Source: an uncultured Singulisphaera sp. (GTDB lineage: Bacteria; Planctomycetota; Phycisphaerae; Phycisphaerales; SM1A02). Taken from it: a DNA stretch of 64,000 bases. The stretch spans positions 1,725 to 65,724 of the forward strand of contig CAYHHO010000001.1 of assembly GCA_964356445.1 (NCBI GenBank), written 5' to 3'. Positions 18,105-26,809 of the stretch are shown here, piece by piece. The first letter of the stretch is position 1. The number at the start of each line of letters is the position of its first letter. The position numbers were made by a program, and so were the translations under genes. The notes beneath the pieces were generated by a model. The model was not told where the DNA came from. It worked only from the letters and a program-made list of their open reading frames with translations, and searched no databases.

Positions 18105-19688
18105 TCAACCGGTCAGCTGGTAGCCCGCTGCGAGTGCCCTAAACGTGGCGCACTCAGACTCTGCCCACGCTGCGTCTCGCCCTAGTTCTGCCGCAATGAC
18201 AGCAGCAACGCCGGCTGCAGCGTCGTGCGCAGCTTTCGCATCAAGCAAGAGGCTTCGCGTCCGCCGTGCGAGCACATCGTCGACGCTTCTGGCCATTTCA
18301 TGTCGCACCGCATATGCGACGACTCCCATCGGATAGGGCAGGCGCGCATGAATGGGCTTGTTCCACTCGGGTCGCTCCCCGCAGACAGCACGCACCGCAG
18401 GCGCATCGCTGCCGTAGACGCGAAGCCAGTCTTCTGCTGGCATCGCCGAATCATCGCGCGCGATCCAGCCATGCACGTGCAGCGATTCAGTACCGCACGG
18501 ACGATGATCGAGCTGCCCGACATCGATCACCTGCGCCATCGTGTCCTCTGCCATGCGTCGATAGGTCGTCCACTTCCCGCCCATGATCGACACCATGCCG
18601 CTGGGGCTCACGACCACCTTGTGTGAACGAGACAATGACTTGGACGGCGAATCGATTCCGCTCTCGTGCACAAGCGGTCGCATTCCTGCGTAGACCGAGC
18701 GAACATCGGCGCGCGTCGGATCGTGCTCGAGATACCTCCCGGCATTGCGAAGGATGAACTCGATCTCATCAGGAAGCGCGCGCGGCTCGATTTCTGCTTG
18801 CTTCATCGGCGTGTCGGTGGTGCCGACGACGACTCGTCCATGCCAAGGGATGACGAAGAGCACGCGGCCATCGTCGGTGTGAGGGACCATGATCGCGCGC
18901 ATGCTCGGCTGAAGCGTGCGGTCGAAGACGAGGTGGACCCCTTGCGCTGGCTCGATCATGCGCGAAGACTTTCCGTCGTCGAGCAGACGCAGTTCGTCGC
19001 CGAAGATTCCGCAGGCATTCACGACGACGGTTGCGCGAATCTCGAGCGTGCGCCCGCTCTCGGCATCGACTGCTCGCGCGCCTCGCACGCAACCATGCGC
19101 GTCTTTCAGCAACTCGCTCACCCTGCACTGGTTGAGCACGACCGCGCCAAGATCTGCAGCGGTGCGAGCAAGCGTCACCGCCATGCGAGCGTCATCGAAC
19201 TGACCGTCGTGATACTCAATCCCGCCGAGGAGCCCTTCGCGCGCGACATTTGGAATCGCCTCGATCGTTTCCGCCGCCGACAGAAACTTGCTCGGCGCAA
19301 GGTTTCGCTTTCCTGCAAGCAGGTCGTACAACTTCAGGCCAGCCCCGTAGAACGGTCCCTCCCACCACGAGAAGCGCGGCACGAGGAATGCAAGGTCGTG
19401 CACCAGATGCGGTGCGTTCTCGTGCATCAGCCCGCGCTCGTGGAGTGCTTCCATGACCAAGGCGATGTCGAGTTGCTCGAGGTAACGCACCCCCCCGTGG
19501 ACCAGTTTCGTGCTGCGGCTCGAAGTTCCCTTCGCGAAGTCGTGCGCTTCAACGAGGCACGTCGTATACCCGCGCTGCGCCGCATCGACTGCTACGCCAA
19601 GTCCAGTCGCACCACCGCCAACGACAAGCACATCGAACGACTTGCCATCGGCGCTCGCAAGCATCGCGTCGCGCGAAAATTGCGTCAC
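18105..19688 (-). CDS. glpD: FAD-dependent glycerol-3-phosphate dehydrogenase
   Basis: 'FDVLVVGGGATGLGVAVDAAQRGY' FAD fold and 'GTSSRSTKLVHGGVRYL'. Start chosen at GTG 19688 (GTGA overlap with the glpK stop), preceded by GGGAGG at a 7-nt spacing. The ORF-track start 19703 is a TTG. Confidence 0.88.
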   Translation of the reverse strand: MTQFSRDAMLASADGKSFDVLVVGGGATGLGVAVDAAQRGYTTCLVEAHDFAKGTSSRSTKLVHGGVRYLEQLDIALVMEALHERGLMHENAPHLVHDLAFLVPRFSWWEGPFYGAGLKLYDLLAGKRNLAPSKFLSAAETIEAIPNVAREGLLGGIEYHDGQFDDARMAVTLARTAADLGAVVLNQCRVSELLKDAHGCVRGARAVDAESGRTLEIRATVVVNACGIFGDELRLLDDGKSSRMIEPAQGVHLVFDRTLQPSMRAIMVPHTDDGRVLFVIPWHGRVVVGTTDTPMKQAEIEPRALPDEIEFILRNAGRYLEHDPTRADVRSVYAGMRPLVHESGIDSPSKSLSRSHKVVVSPSGMVSIMGGKWTTYRRMAEDTMAQVIDVGQLDHRPCGTESLHVHGWIARDDSAMPAEDWLRVYGSDAPAVRAVCGERPEWNKPIHARLPYPMGVVAYAVRHEMARSVDDVLARRTRSLLLDAKAAHDAAAGVAAVIAAELGRDAAWAESECATFRALAAGYQLTG

Positions 19689-21187
19689 GGCGATGCCTCC
19701 CAACCGCGAGACTTTTCGATCGCCATCTTCCAGCGCGCCAGTTTCGCGGCGCGCGTGGCCGGCGAAGTTGCTGGCGTGAATGTGCGATCGACACTTCTTC
19801 GCGCCTCAATCTCGTCGAGCGACTTCCACACGCCCGTCGCTAGCCCCGCGAGGTACGCAGCGCCGAGTGCAGTTGATTCGAGCACCGTGGGTCGTTCGAT
19901 CGCAATTCCCAGCGCATCGGCGTGCATCTGCAACAGAAGGTCGCTCGCACACGCGCCGCCATCAACGCGCATCACCGCGATTGCGGCACCTCGGTCGGCA
20001 TTCATCGCCTCAACCACTTCGACATTCTGCATCGCGATTCCTTCAAGTGTCGCACGCGCAATGTGCGCCGCCGTGGTCCCCCTAGTCATCCCAAAGATCG
20101 CGCCGCGCGCAGATGCATCCCAGTGCGGTGCGCCGAGTCCTGTGAATGCGGGCACCACGACGACACCGCCAGAGTCTGCGACCGAGGCGGCGAGCGCGTT
20201 CACATCCTCCGCCCTCTTGATGATGCCCAGCCCATCCCGCAACCATTGGATGGATGCGCCGCCCATGAAGACGCTCCCTTCAAGCGCATAGACGGCAGGC
20301 GAACCTTTCATTCGCCAGCCAACTGTTGTGATAAGCCTCGACCGACTTCGAACGATTTCCGCGCCAGTGTTTGCAAGCAGGAAGCACCCAGTGCCCAGTG
20401 TCGTCTTGACCATCCCAGGTCGCACACATGATTGACCGAAGAGCGCGCACTGCTGATCGCCGCCGATGCCCGCAATCGGAAGTGACTCTCCGAACAACGC
20501 TCGATCAGTTTCTCCGCACACTCCACTGCTGTCGACGATTTGCGGAAGAATCTCGCGGGGAATGCCGAAGAGGCGCAGCATGTCAGCGTCCCATTCCAGC
20601 GTTTGCAAGTTCATCAGCATCGTGCGTGATGCGTTGGAGACATCAGTGACATGAACACGCCCACCTGTGAGATTCCACACAAGCCATGAATCGATCGTGC
20701 CAGCTGCGAGTTCGCCGCGACGGGCGCGATCCGCAGCACCGGGAACATTTCGCAGGATCCACGCAAGCTTGGATGCGCTGAAGTACGGGTCGAGCAGCAA
20801 TCCTGTGCGCTGCGATACATCTTCCTCGACGCCTTTCGCTCGCAGAGCGTCCATATCACTCGCCGTGCGCCGATCCTGCCACACGATTGCGTTACAGATT
20901 GGTGTACCGCACTTGCGATCCCACACCACAATCGTCTCTCGCTGGTTCGTGATTCCAATTCCCGCGATCGCTCTCCCGACCGATGCAGCCTCTCGATGCA
21001 CCTGTTGTGCTGTCGCCAACTGCGCCGACCAGATCTCGGCCGCATCGTGCTCGACCCAGCCAGGTTGTGGAAAATGTTGTACGAATTCGCGCTGGGCAGT
21101 CGCGACGATGGCGCCCGTCTCATCAACGATGACCGATCGCAGGCTGCTCGTTCCCTCGTCAAGCGCAAGTATGTGTTTTCGCGTCAT
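19685..21187 (-). CDS. glpK: glycerol kinase
   Basis: 'ILALDEGTSSLRSVIVD', 'GITNQRETIVVWD' and 'GIGGDQQCALFGQ' are FGGY/GlpK signatures. 500 aa. Confidence 0.92.
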   Translation of the reverse strand: MTRKHILALDEGTSSLRSVIVDETGAIVATAQREFVQHFPQPGWVEHDAAEIWSAQLATAQQVHREAASVGRAIAGIGITNQRETIVVWDRKCGTPICNAIVWQDRRTASDMDALRAKGVEEDVSQRTGLLLDPYFSASKLAWILRNVPGAADRARRGELAAGTIDSWLVWNLTGGRVHVTDVSNASRTMLMNLQTLEWDADMLRLFGIPREILPQIVDSSGVCGETDRALFGESLPIAGIGGDQQCALFGQSCVRPGMVKTTLGTGCFLLANTGAEIVRSRSRLITTVGWRMKGSPAVYALEGSVFMGGASIQWLRDGLGIIKRAEDVNALAASVADSGGVVVVPAFTGLGAPHWDASARGAIFGMTRGTTAAHIARATLEGIAMQNVEVVEAMNADRGAAIAVMRVDGGACASDLLLQMHADALGIAIERPTVLESTALGAAYLAGLATGVWKSLDEIEARRSVDRTFTPATSPATRAAKLARWKMAIEKSRGWEASP

Positions 21188-21211
21188 CGACGCTGCGAAT
21201 CTACTTGAAAG

Positions 21212-23806
21212 TCACTTCACGCCTGCTGCGCGAAGTTGCTCTGCGGTCAGGATGTGCTTCAACCTCAGCAACAACTTGTCGCGAGCAACGTCGCGCTCGA
21301 ACGCGAATCGCGCCGCCTCTTGAATCGCTCGCTGGACGCGAACTGCTCTGCGCATAGCCAACTCCACCTCGACCTTGTCGTCATAGTCCGCGACTCTCGC
21401 GACGAACCGCGCCGGAGGTGCCTCGGTTCGCATCTGCTTCAACATCCCTTCGATCGCTGCGTCGCGTTCTGCACCGAATTCGTCCCGAGCGATCGCGAGC
21501 ACACTCCGCTGGGGCGGCGTGAGATCGGCGAGTGCGAGCGCCGCCTTGAGCCACGATTCGACGTGCTCGGTCTCGCGGCACGCACCCTGAAAGGCATCGC
21601 GCATGTAGGCACGCCGGACGGCTTGTCCAGCCTCAGCGGGGATCACTGCGATGATCGCCTCCAGCGCAGCGCGCTGCGCGTTCGCCTTGGCATGCGCCGC
21701 CTTCGCCCCGTCCAAGAGAGCTGCATTCTCGGCGTCCGCCAGCGATCTAGCGTACAGCTGCAACTCCGCGCGGTCTCCGTGCGCATGCGCGTTGTACTCT
21801 TGCCTGGAAAAGAACTGCGACGGTTGCATCCGAGTCTGCTCGATGCTCGCTCGGCTTAGATCCTCGGCGGTACTGATGATGGTCGCCACCGTCGGCGCGA
21901 GTGCCTCCGCGACTGACTTGCACTCAGCAGGCGAGAGTCCGACACTCATCGCCGCGAGCAGCACATTCCCAACCTCTTCACCTCCTGCAATGTTGTCGAA
22001 CAAGCGATCCAAGCCAGGGACGCGATCGCCGCAAATTCTCGCAGCACGCAGGAGCTGCACGACCGGGCTGCTCCCCGAGTCAGCAACCGCACTCCCGACT
22101 CCATCGAAGAATCGATCCTCGATTGTTCGACGAGTGCCCTCCAACTCAGCCTGACGCGAAAACCACTGCTCGAGCTCGGCTGAACTGCGAATCTCGGTCA
22201 GGGCTGGATCCTCAAGAGACGTTCGCAACGAGATTGTCAGTGTGTTGAACACGCCGATGTGCGGTTTGATCTGCGCATCCCACTCGGCCCAGTAGTCCGC
22301 CATGAGTGCACCCAGCGTTGCGGCTGCGCCTTCGTCGCACCCAAGCGCCGCCTCGATGCGATCGGCCCAGTCCAGTTCCATGCGGCGCGCAACCCAAATG
22401 CCTTGGAGGTCTCCCCAGTCGTTCAATCGTTCTTCCTCTTCCTCCGAGGCATCGGCTGCTGCACTCTCTCCGGCGAGCCCAGTGGAATCCCCATAGAGAA
22501 GTGCCTGATCTTCTGGGAGAAAGAGCGCTTCCTCTTCGTCACTGCCGAGCTTGCCGAACGCAGAAGCCGCTTCGATTCCGCGAGCTGCGTAGATCGCTTC
22601 GAGTGCCTTGTTGTCTTCGGTAGCACGCCTCTCCTCTAACACATCGCGGGCAGCCCGATTCTCGCGCGAGCTGCCAACGTCCTCGATATACATACCCTCT
22701 CCTCGCGCGATTTGTTTGTCGAGTAGCGCAGCCAGCTCATCGACGATTCGATCGTCTCGATCACTCCACGCCGAATAGATCGATCGGATCATCGCGCGCT
22801 GGTTGTCAGTCATCGCTCTCATGCGAAGTGTCCCGAGCGCGACTTGATCGACGAGCCTGCCGCCTTGATCGAGTTCGTAGAACTGCTCGAGATAACGGCC
22901 TCGAAACTCCCTCGCCAACTTCGCATCGCGCGGTTTCAGAACTTCGAGAACAGCGCGATATGCGCGCGTGCTGCTTGCGCGCAGCGGCTTCTGTGACTCG
23001 ATGACCACCGCTATAGCAGCCGCGAATGCCTCTCTCGCTGCATCAAACCGCGCATCAGCTTCCGCCTCGGTCAGAGTCAGGATTTCGCCGCGCGCAGTAC
23101 CTGCCGTCCTCGCGGCCATGTCCAGCGCATACTTGAACTTGGCAGCAGCACTCGCACGCAGCAGCCGGTCGTGGCGGGCATCAAAGTCGCCAAGCGCGTT
23201 CTCGCATGCGCCGCGCAACTCGGCCGCGCCCTCCACCGATTTCCAGTCCAGACCTCGAAGGATCGCAGGAACATCCACACTGGCCGCCCGCGTGCGCTCG
23301 AAGATCGACAGCGTTCGCCAAATCTCGCGAGTCCTCGACGCGCCCGTACGCGCGACCGCGACATGATCGCTCTCTGGAAGCGCCGCGCGAACACCATCGA
23401 AAAGCGACTCCTCGAGCGCGACCGCCTTGCGCAGGACGGCCATGTAGAGGTCCAACGACCGCTTCATGTACTCAATCGTGGGGAACTGGGCGGCCTCCAT
23501 TCTGTGCGTCATGCGATCTTCGAGTTGCTCGATGTCGCCCGCGCGAAGTTCTCGGTGCGCAGCGATGTACTTCATATACGCCGCTTCTAACGCTGGATAG
23601 ATCGGCCGGTAGTCCACCCCGTTCTGCTCAAGGAGCTTTGTCAATTCGACGAGCCCGACCGGATCCGCGACGAGCCCCAGTGTCCCCTGGAAATGCGCGG
23701 AAGCGCCGCTTTCTCCCATCGCTACCACGATCGCCGCGATGATCGCGCACGCGATGCGACCAACGCGTTGAGTCCACGCCCCACCGGTTTGCGTGGTGGT
23801 TCGCAT
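21212..23806 (-). CDS. large all-helical hypothetical protein with N-terminal membrane anchor/signal (864 aa)
   Basis: ATG 23806 (MRTTTQTGGAWTQRVGRIACAIIAAIVVAMGESGASA...) overlaps the TGA of the upstream DinB gene by 1 nt (TGATG). It is Ala/Arg/Glu-rich with recurring '...E..[LF]FDGV..A...' segments. No family recognised. Confidence 0.6.
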   Translation of the reverse strand: MRTTTQTGGAWTQRVGRIACAIIAAIVVAMGESGASAHFQGTLGLVADPVGLVELTKLLEQNGVDYRPIYPALEAAYMKYIAAHRELRAGDIEQLEDRMTHRMEAAQFPTIEYMKRSLDLYMAVLRKAVALEESLFDGVRAALPESDHVAVARTGASRTREIWRTLSIFERTRAASVDVPAILRGLDWKSVEGAAELRGACENALGDFDARHDRLLRASAAAKFKYALDMAARTAGTARGEILTLTEAEADARFDAAREAFAAAIAVVIESQKPLRASSTRAYRAVLEVLKPRDAKLAREFRGRYLEQFYELDQGGRLVDQVALGTLRMRAMTDNQRAMIRSIYSAWSDRDDRIVDELAALLDKQIARGEGMYIEDVGSSRENRAARDVLEERRATEDNKALEAIYAARGIEAASAFGKLGSDEEEALFLPEDQALLYGDSTGLAGESAAADASEEEEERLNDWGDLQGIWVARRMELDWADRIEAALGCDEGAAATLGALMADYWAEWDAQIKPHIGVFNTLTISLRTSLEDPALTEIRSSAELEQWFSRQAELEGTRRTIEDRFFDGVGSAVADSGSSPVVQLLRAARICGDRVPGLDRLFDNIAGGEEVGNVLLAAMSVGLSPAECKSVAEALAPTVATIISTAEDLSRASIEQTRMQPSQFFSRQEYNAHAHGDRAELQLYARSLADAENAALLDGAKAAHAKANAQRAALEAIIAVIPAEAGQAVRRAYMRDAFQGACRETEHVESWLKAALALADLTPPQRSVLAIARDEFGAERDAAIEGMLKQMRTEAPPARFVARVADYDDKVEVELAMRRAVRVQRAIQEAARFAFERDVARDKLLLRLKHILTAEQLRAAGVK

Positions 23807-24327
23807 CACATCGCTGATCCCAAGCCCATGACTCTGCGCCATGCGCTGATCTGCCCGAGGTGCATCATGTTGTGCCCGAGCGCCATAAATGAAACCATCG
23901 CTCCGAGAGTCGGCAGGCGCTCGATCATCTGCTGCCTCGGGTTTGCCGCAGCGAAGCACGCGTCGTCGACGGTCGGCAAAATCTCTGCCACCTTCGTCCA
24001 TCCGCTGACAAAGTGCCCAATCAATTCTGCCTTCGATGGATATGCCCCAGGGGTCGCAACGCACGGCGCACCCATCTTGAAGAGGTCTTGGTAGGAATCA
24101 GGAGTCTGGATTCCCTCGGGGCGACCGATCATTCCGGCCACCATCGGCGCATAGATCGCAAGATGCCCGATGCAAAACGCTGGGCTGTTCAAGTCCGCGC
24201 GCGGCATGGTTGCAAACTGCTCAGCGGGAATCGACTGGATCAACTTGTCGGCGTAGCCGAGCGTCATCTTCAGCGGTGCGGCGATCATCGATCCAACACA
24301 GGCATTCTTCGTCAGCGTTGTGCTCAT
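23806..24327 (-). CDS. DinB-family (four-helix-bundle, metal-binding) protein
   Basis: 173 aa with the His triad context 'FCIGHLAIY...' and '...MALGHNMMHLGQISAWRR' typical of the DinB/DinB_2 superfamily. Confidence 0.7.
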   Translation of the reverse strand: MSTTLTKNACVGSMIAAPLKMTLGYADKLIQSIPAEQFATMPRADLNSPAFCIGHLAIYAPMVAGMIGRPEGIQTPDSYQDLFKMGAPCVATPGAYPSKAELIGHFVSGWTKVAEILPTVDDACFAAANPRQQMIERLPTLGAMVSFMALGHNMMHLGQISAWRRVMGLGSAM

Positions 24328-24372
24328 GACGAAAGCGTACCCCGAGGGGGCAATCGCAAGAAACCTGCACTG

Positions 24373-24414
24373 GAATCACCAGCCGAGAATCACTGGCCGA
24401 GAATCACCAGGCGA
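24373..24414. repeat. 3 x 14-nt direct tandem repeat spanning the rpsG stop codon
   Basis: GAATCACCAGCCGA (24373-24386), GAATCACTGGCCGA (24387-24400), GAATCACCAGGCGA (24401-24414). The third unit contains the rpsG stop (24404-24406) and its last codons. Confidence 0.9.
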
Positions 24415-24898
24415 AGTGCGCAAACGCCTTGTTGGCATCTGCCATTCGGTGCGTGTTTTCACGCGTGGTGACCGACTTGCCTTCGTTCTTGGCAGCATCG
24501 AAGAGTTCCTTCGCAAGGCGAAGTGCAATCGGCTTGCCCTTCTCGGAGCGAATCGCCTCGATAATCCAGCGGAACGTCAGACTCTGTGCGCGACGACGAT
24601 TCAGTTGCATCGGCACCTGGTAGTTCGCTCCACCCACTCGCTTCGATCGCACTTCGACCGACGGTCGCACGTTCTCAAGCGCACGGTGGAAGAGCTCGAT
24701 TGCAGTCTTCGGCAGCGCCTCCGACTTTTCCTTGTCGAGGCGGTTCTGAACCATGTCGAACGCCTCGTACACCGCGCGCTGCGCAGTGGCCTTCTTGCCG
24801 CCGTACATGATGCAGTTGATGAACTTGGCGACGATGAGATCTTGATATCGAGGATCTGGCTTGAGTTGAGACTCGCTTGCTGTGAATTGCTTGGGCAT
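24404..24898 (-). CDS. rpsG: 30S ribosomal protein S7
   Basis: 'PDPRYQDLIVAKFINCIMYGGKKATAQ' and 'VEVRSKRVGGANYQVP'. ATG at 24898 (MPKQF...). Confidence 0.95.
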   Translation of the reverse strand: MPKQFTASESQLKPDPRYQDLIVAKFINCIMYGGKKATAQRAVYEAFDMVQNRLDKEKSEALPKTAIELFHRALENVRPSVEVRSKRVGGANYQVPMQLNRRRAQSLTFRWIIEAIRSEKGKPIALRLAKELFDAAKNEGKSVTTRENTHRMADANKAFAHFAW

Positions 24899-25042
24899 GA
24901 CTGACTCCTTCTGGGCTTGCACGCGAAATGCGTGACTGTGTTCACCGCGGCGCTGGAGGTTGGGCATCTCCGGAGAAATGCGCCGCGATTACTGCCTAGC
25001 GAGCGGAACGTCCGTCTCGCATCAACGACCGATCTGAAACGA

Positions 25043-25432
25043 TTACTTCTTCTTGGCCACTGCTACCTTGCGCTTGACGCCGTAGAGCGAACGACCCTTC
25101 TTACGACCGTCGACGCCGAGGCAATCGAGCGTTCCGCGAACAACGTGGTAGCGAACTCCGGGAAGATCGCGAACACGACCGCCGCGAACGAGCACGATCG
25201 AGTGCTCTTGCAGATTGTGACCTTCGCCACCGATGTATGCAGTGATTTCGCGACCGTTGGAGAGTCGAACTCGAGCCACCTTGCGGAGCGCTGAATTCGG
25301 CTTCTTTGGCGTGACTGTCTTCACCTGCAAGCAGACGCCACGGCGCTGAGGGCATGCCGCAAGATCATTGACCTTGCTCTTCGTGGCGGGGTCGCGTCGG
25401 GGCTTTCGGACAAGTTGGTTGATGGTCGGCAT
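25043..25432 (-). CDS. rpsL: 30S ribosomal protein S12
   Basis: '[13 protein letters not shown]' and '[20 protein letters not shown]'. ATG at 25432. Confidence 0.95.
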   Translation of the reverse strand: MPTINQLVRKPRRDPATKSKVNDLAACPQRRGVCLQVKTVTPKKPNSALRKVARVRLSNGREITAYIGGEGHNLQEHSIVLVRGGRVRDLPGVRYHVVRGTLDCLGVDGRKKGRSLYGVKRKVAVAKKK

Positions 25433-25474
25433 AGGGTGATCGCTTTGAAAAATCCGTGCAATGACGGGTTGGGA

Positions 25475-25503
25475 AATATACCGAGGATTCGCCTCCAAGG
25501 CAA
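25475..25503 (-). promoter_or_regulatory. candidate sigma70-type promoter for rpsL-rpsG
   Basis: On the minus strand: TTGCCT (25503-25498), 17-nt spacer, TATATT (25480-25475), about 40 nt upstream of the rpsL ATG. Confidence 0.45.
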
Positions 25504-25519
25504 CCAACATCGACAATCC

Positions 25520-25547
25520 TTGACAGATCGTGCTGGGACGCTAGTAT
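25520..25547 (+). promoter_or_regulatory. candidate sigma70-type promoter for rpmF-plsX-fab operon
   Basis: TTGACA (25520-25525), 16-nt spacer, TAGTAT (25542-25547). GAGGT lies 8 nt before the rpmF ATG at 25588. It sits back-to-back with the rpsL promoter candidate. Confidence 0.5.
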
Positions 25548-25587
25548 CACCCCTCGCCCCACGTCGGGGTCTTCGAGGTCAATTTCC

Positions 25588-25773
25588 ATGAATCCCGTAA
25601 TGAAAACTTCGCCTGGTCGCACCCGTCGGCGACGAAACCACCAGGCACTCCGCGCAGCCCACACCGTGACTTGCCCAAATTGCGGCGCAACAAAGCGCCC
25701 TCACCATGCATGCTCCTCTTGTGGATATGTGCGCCCCGGACTGCAATTGAAGGGCTTCCAGGCGAGCGCCTGA
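25588..25773 (+). CDS. rpmF: 50S ribosomal protein L32
   Basis: 61 aa with a basic N-terminus '[11 protein letters not shown]' and the zinc ribbon '[19 protein letters not shown]'. Classic position upstream of plsX. Confidence 0.9.
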   Translation: MNPVMKTSPGRTRRRRNHQALRAAHTVTCPNCGATKRPHHACSSCGYVRPGLQLKGFQASA

Positions 25774-25782
25774 TAACACCCG

Positions 25783-26799
25783 ATGCGCATCGGCATCGAT
25801 GTGATGGGCGGCGACAACGCTCCGGATGAAATCTTGAAGGGCTGTTTCGCTGCGCTCCCCAACCTCGGGGCGAGTGATCATCTTGTCCTGATTGGCGATG
25901 CAGGCTTGATCAATGAAGCGATCGCAGAGCGCGGCATCAAGGCAACCCAGATTGAAGTTGTAGGAACGACTGAAGTCATCGGGATGGATGAGTCCCCCGT
26001 TGACGCCGTTCGCGCGAAGAAGGACTCGTCCATCGTCATCATGGGGCGCATGGCCTCTCCGAAATTGGAGAACCGGCTCGCAGCTGTGATTTCCGCCGGA
26101 AACACGGGCGCGTGCGTTGCTGCGGCCCAGTTGCACATGCGCCGTCTTGAGGGAGTCGTTCGCCCTGGTATTGCTGTCACCGTGCCGACCTTTGCAGGTC
26201 CCATCGTGTTGATTGACGTCGGCGCAAACATCGAACCCAAGGCGCAGCACCTCGCGCAGTATGGGGTGATGGGCGACATCTATGCACAGCGCGTGCTCGG
26301 CATCACCAACCCACGAGTTGCACTCATGAATGTAGGTGGCGAAGAACAAAAGGGAACACAGGAAATGCGCGATGCGCGCGACCTGCTGCGTTCCACCGAA
26401 GGACTGAATTTCACTGGATTCGTCGAAGGCCGCGGCGTCTTCAATGGAGACGCGGACGTCGTGATCACGGATGGCATCGTTGGCAATGTCATGCTGAAGA
26501 TGGCTGAAGGACTTTCGTCGGGCATCTTCAAGGCCCTTGCGAAGGAGGTCTTCGCGATCGATCCAACCCTTGCATCGCGACTCGAACCTGTCGTGAAGAG
26601 TTTGTATTCCAAGTACGACTACCACGAGTATGGCGGAGCGCCGCTCTTGGGCGTCAATGGGGTCTGCCTCATCTCACATGGATCGAGCGTCGCGCGCACC
26701 ATTACCAATGCGATTCGCCGCGCAAGAAACTTTGTCGACCTCGGTGTGAATGAGATCATCGTCGAACGGCTCGCCGCCGCGCCACATCTGGTTGCATGA
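25783..26799 (+). CDS. plsX: phosphate acyltransferase PlsX
   Basis: 'MRIGIDVMGGDNAP', 'SAGNTGA' and 'GAPLLGVNGVCLISHGSS' are PlsX motifs. Confidence 0.92.
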   Translation: MRIGIDVMGGDNAPDEILKGCFAALPNLGASDHLVLIGDAGLINEAIAERGIKATQIEVVGTTEVIGMDESPVDAVRAKKDSSIVIMGRMASPKLENRLAAVISAGNTGACVAAAQLHMRRLEGVVRPGIAVTVPTFAGPIVLIDVGANIEPKAQHLAQYGVMGDIYAQRVLGITNPRVALMNVGGEEQKGTQEMRDARDLLRSTEGLNFTGFVEGRGVFNGDADVVITDGIVGNVMLKMAEGLSSGIFKALAKEVFAIDPTLASRLEPVVKSLYSKYDYHEYGGAPLLGVNGVCLISHGSSVARTITNAIRRARNFVDLGVNEIIVERLAAAPHLVA

Positions 26800-26809
26800 G
26801 CGAGAGCGC

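Noticed and set aside
16804-18123. 439-aa plus-strand ORF
   Set aside because: It is antisense to the signal-peptide-bearing 671-aa gene. It is His/Arg/Cys-rich with no recognisable domain, so I judged it a shadow ORF. This is somewhat less certain than the others, because the sense gene is itself an orphan.
18666-20291. 541-aa plus-strand ORF across glpD/glpK
   Set aside because: It is antisense to two genes with clear GlpD and GlpK signatures. The composition is Arg/Ala/His-biased and it crosses a gene boundary, so it is a shadow ORF.
25579-26625. 348-aa minus-strand ORF
   Set aside because: It is antisense to rpmF and plsX, both of which have definitive motifs.
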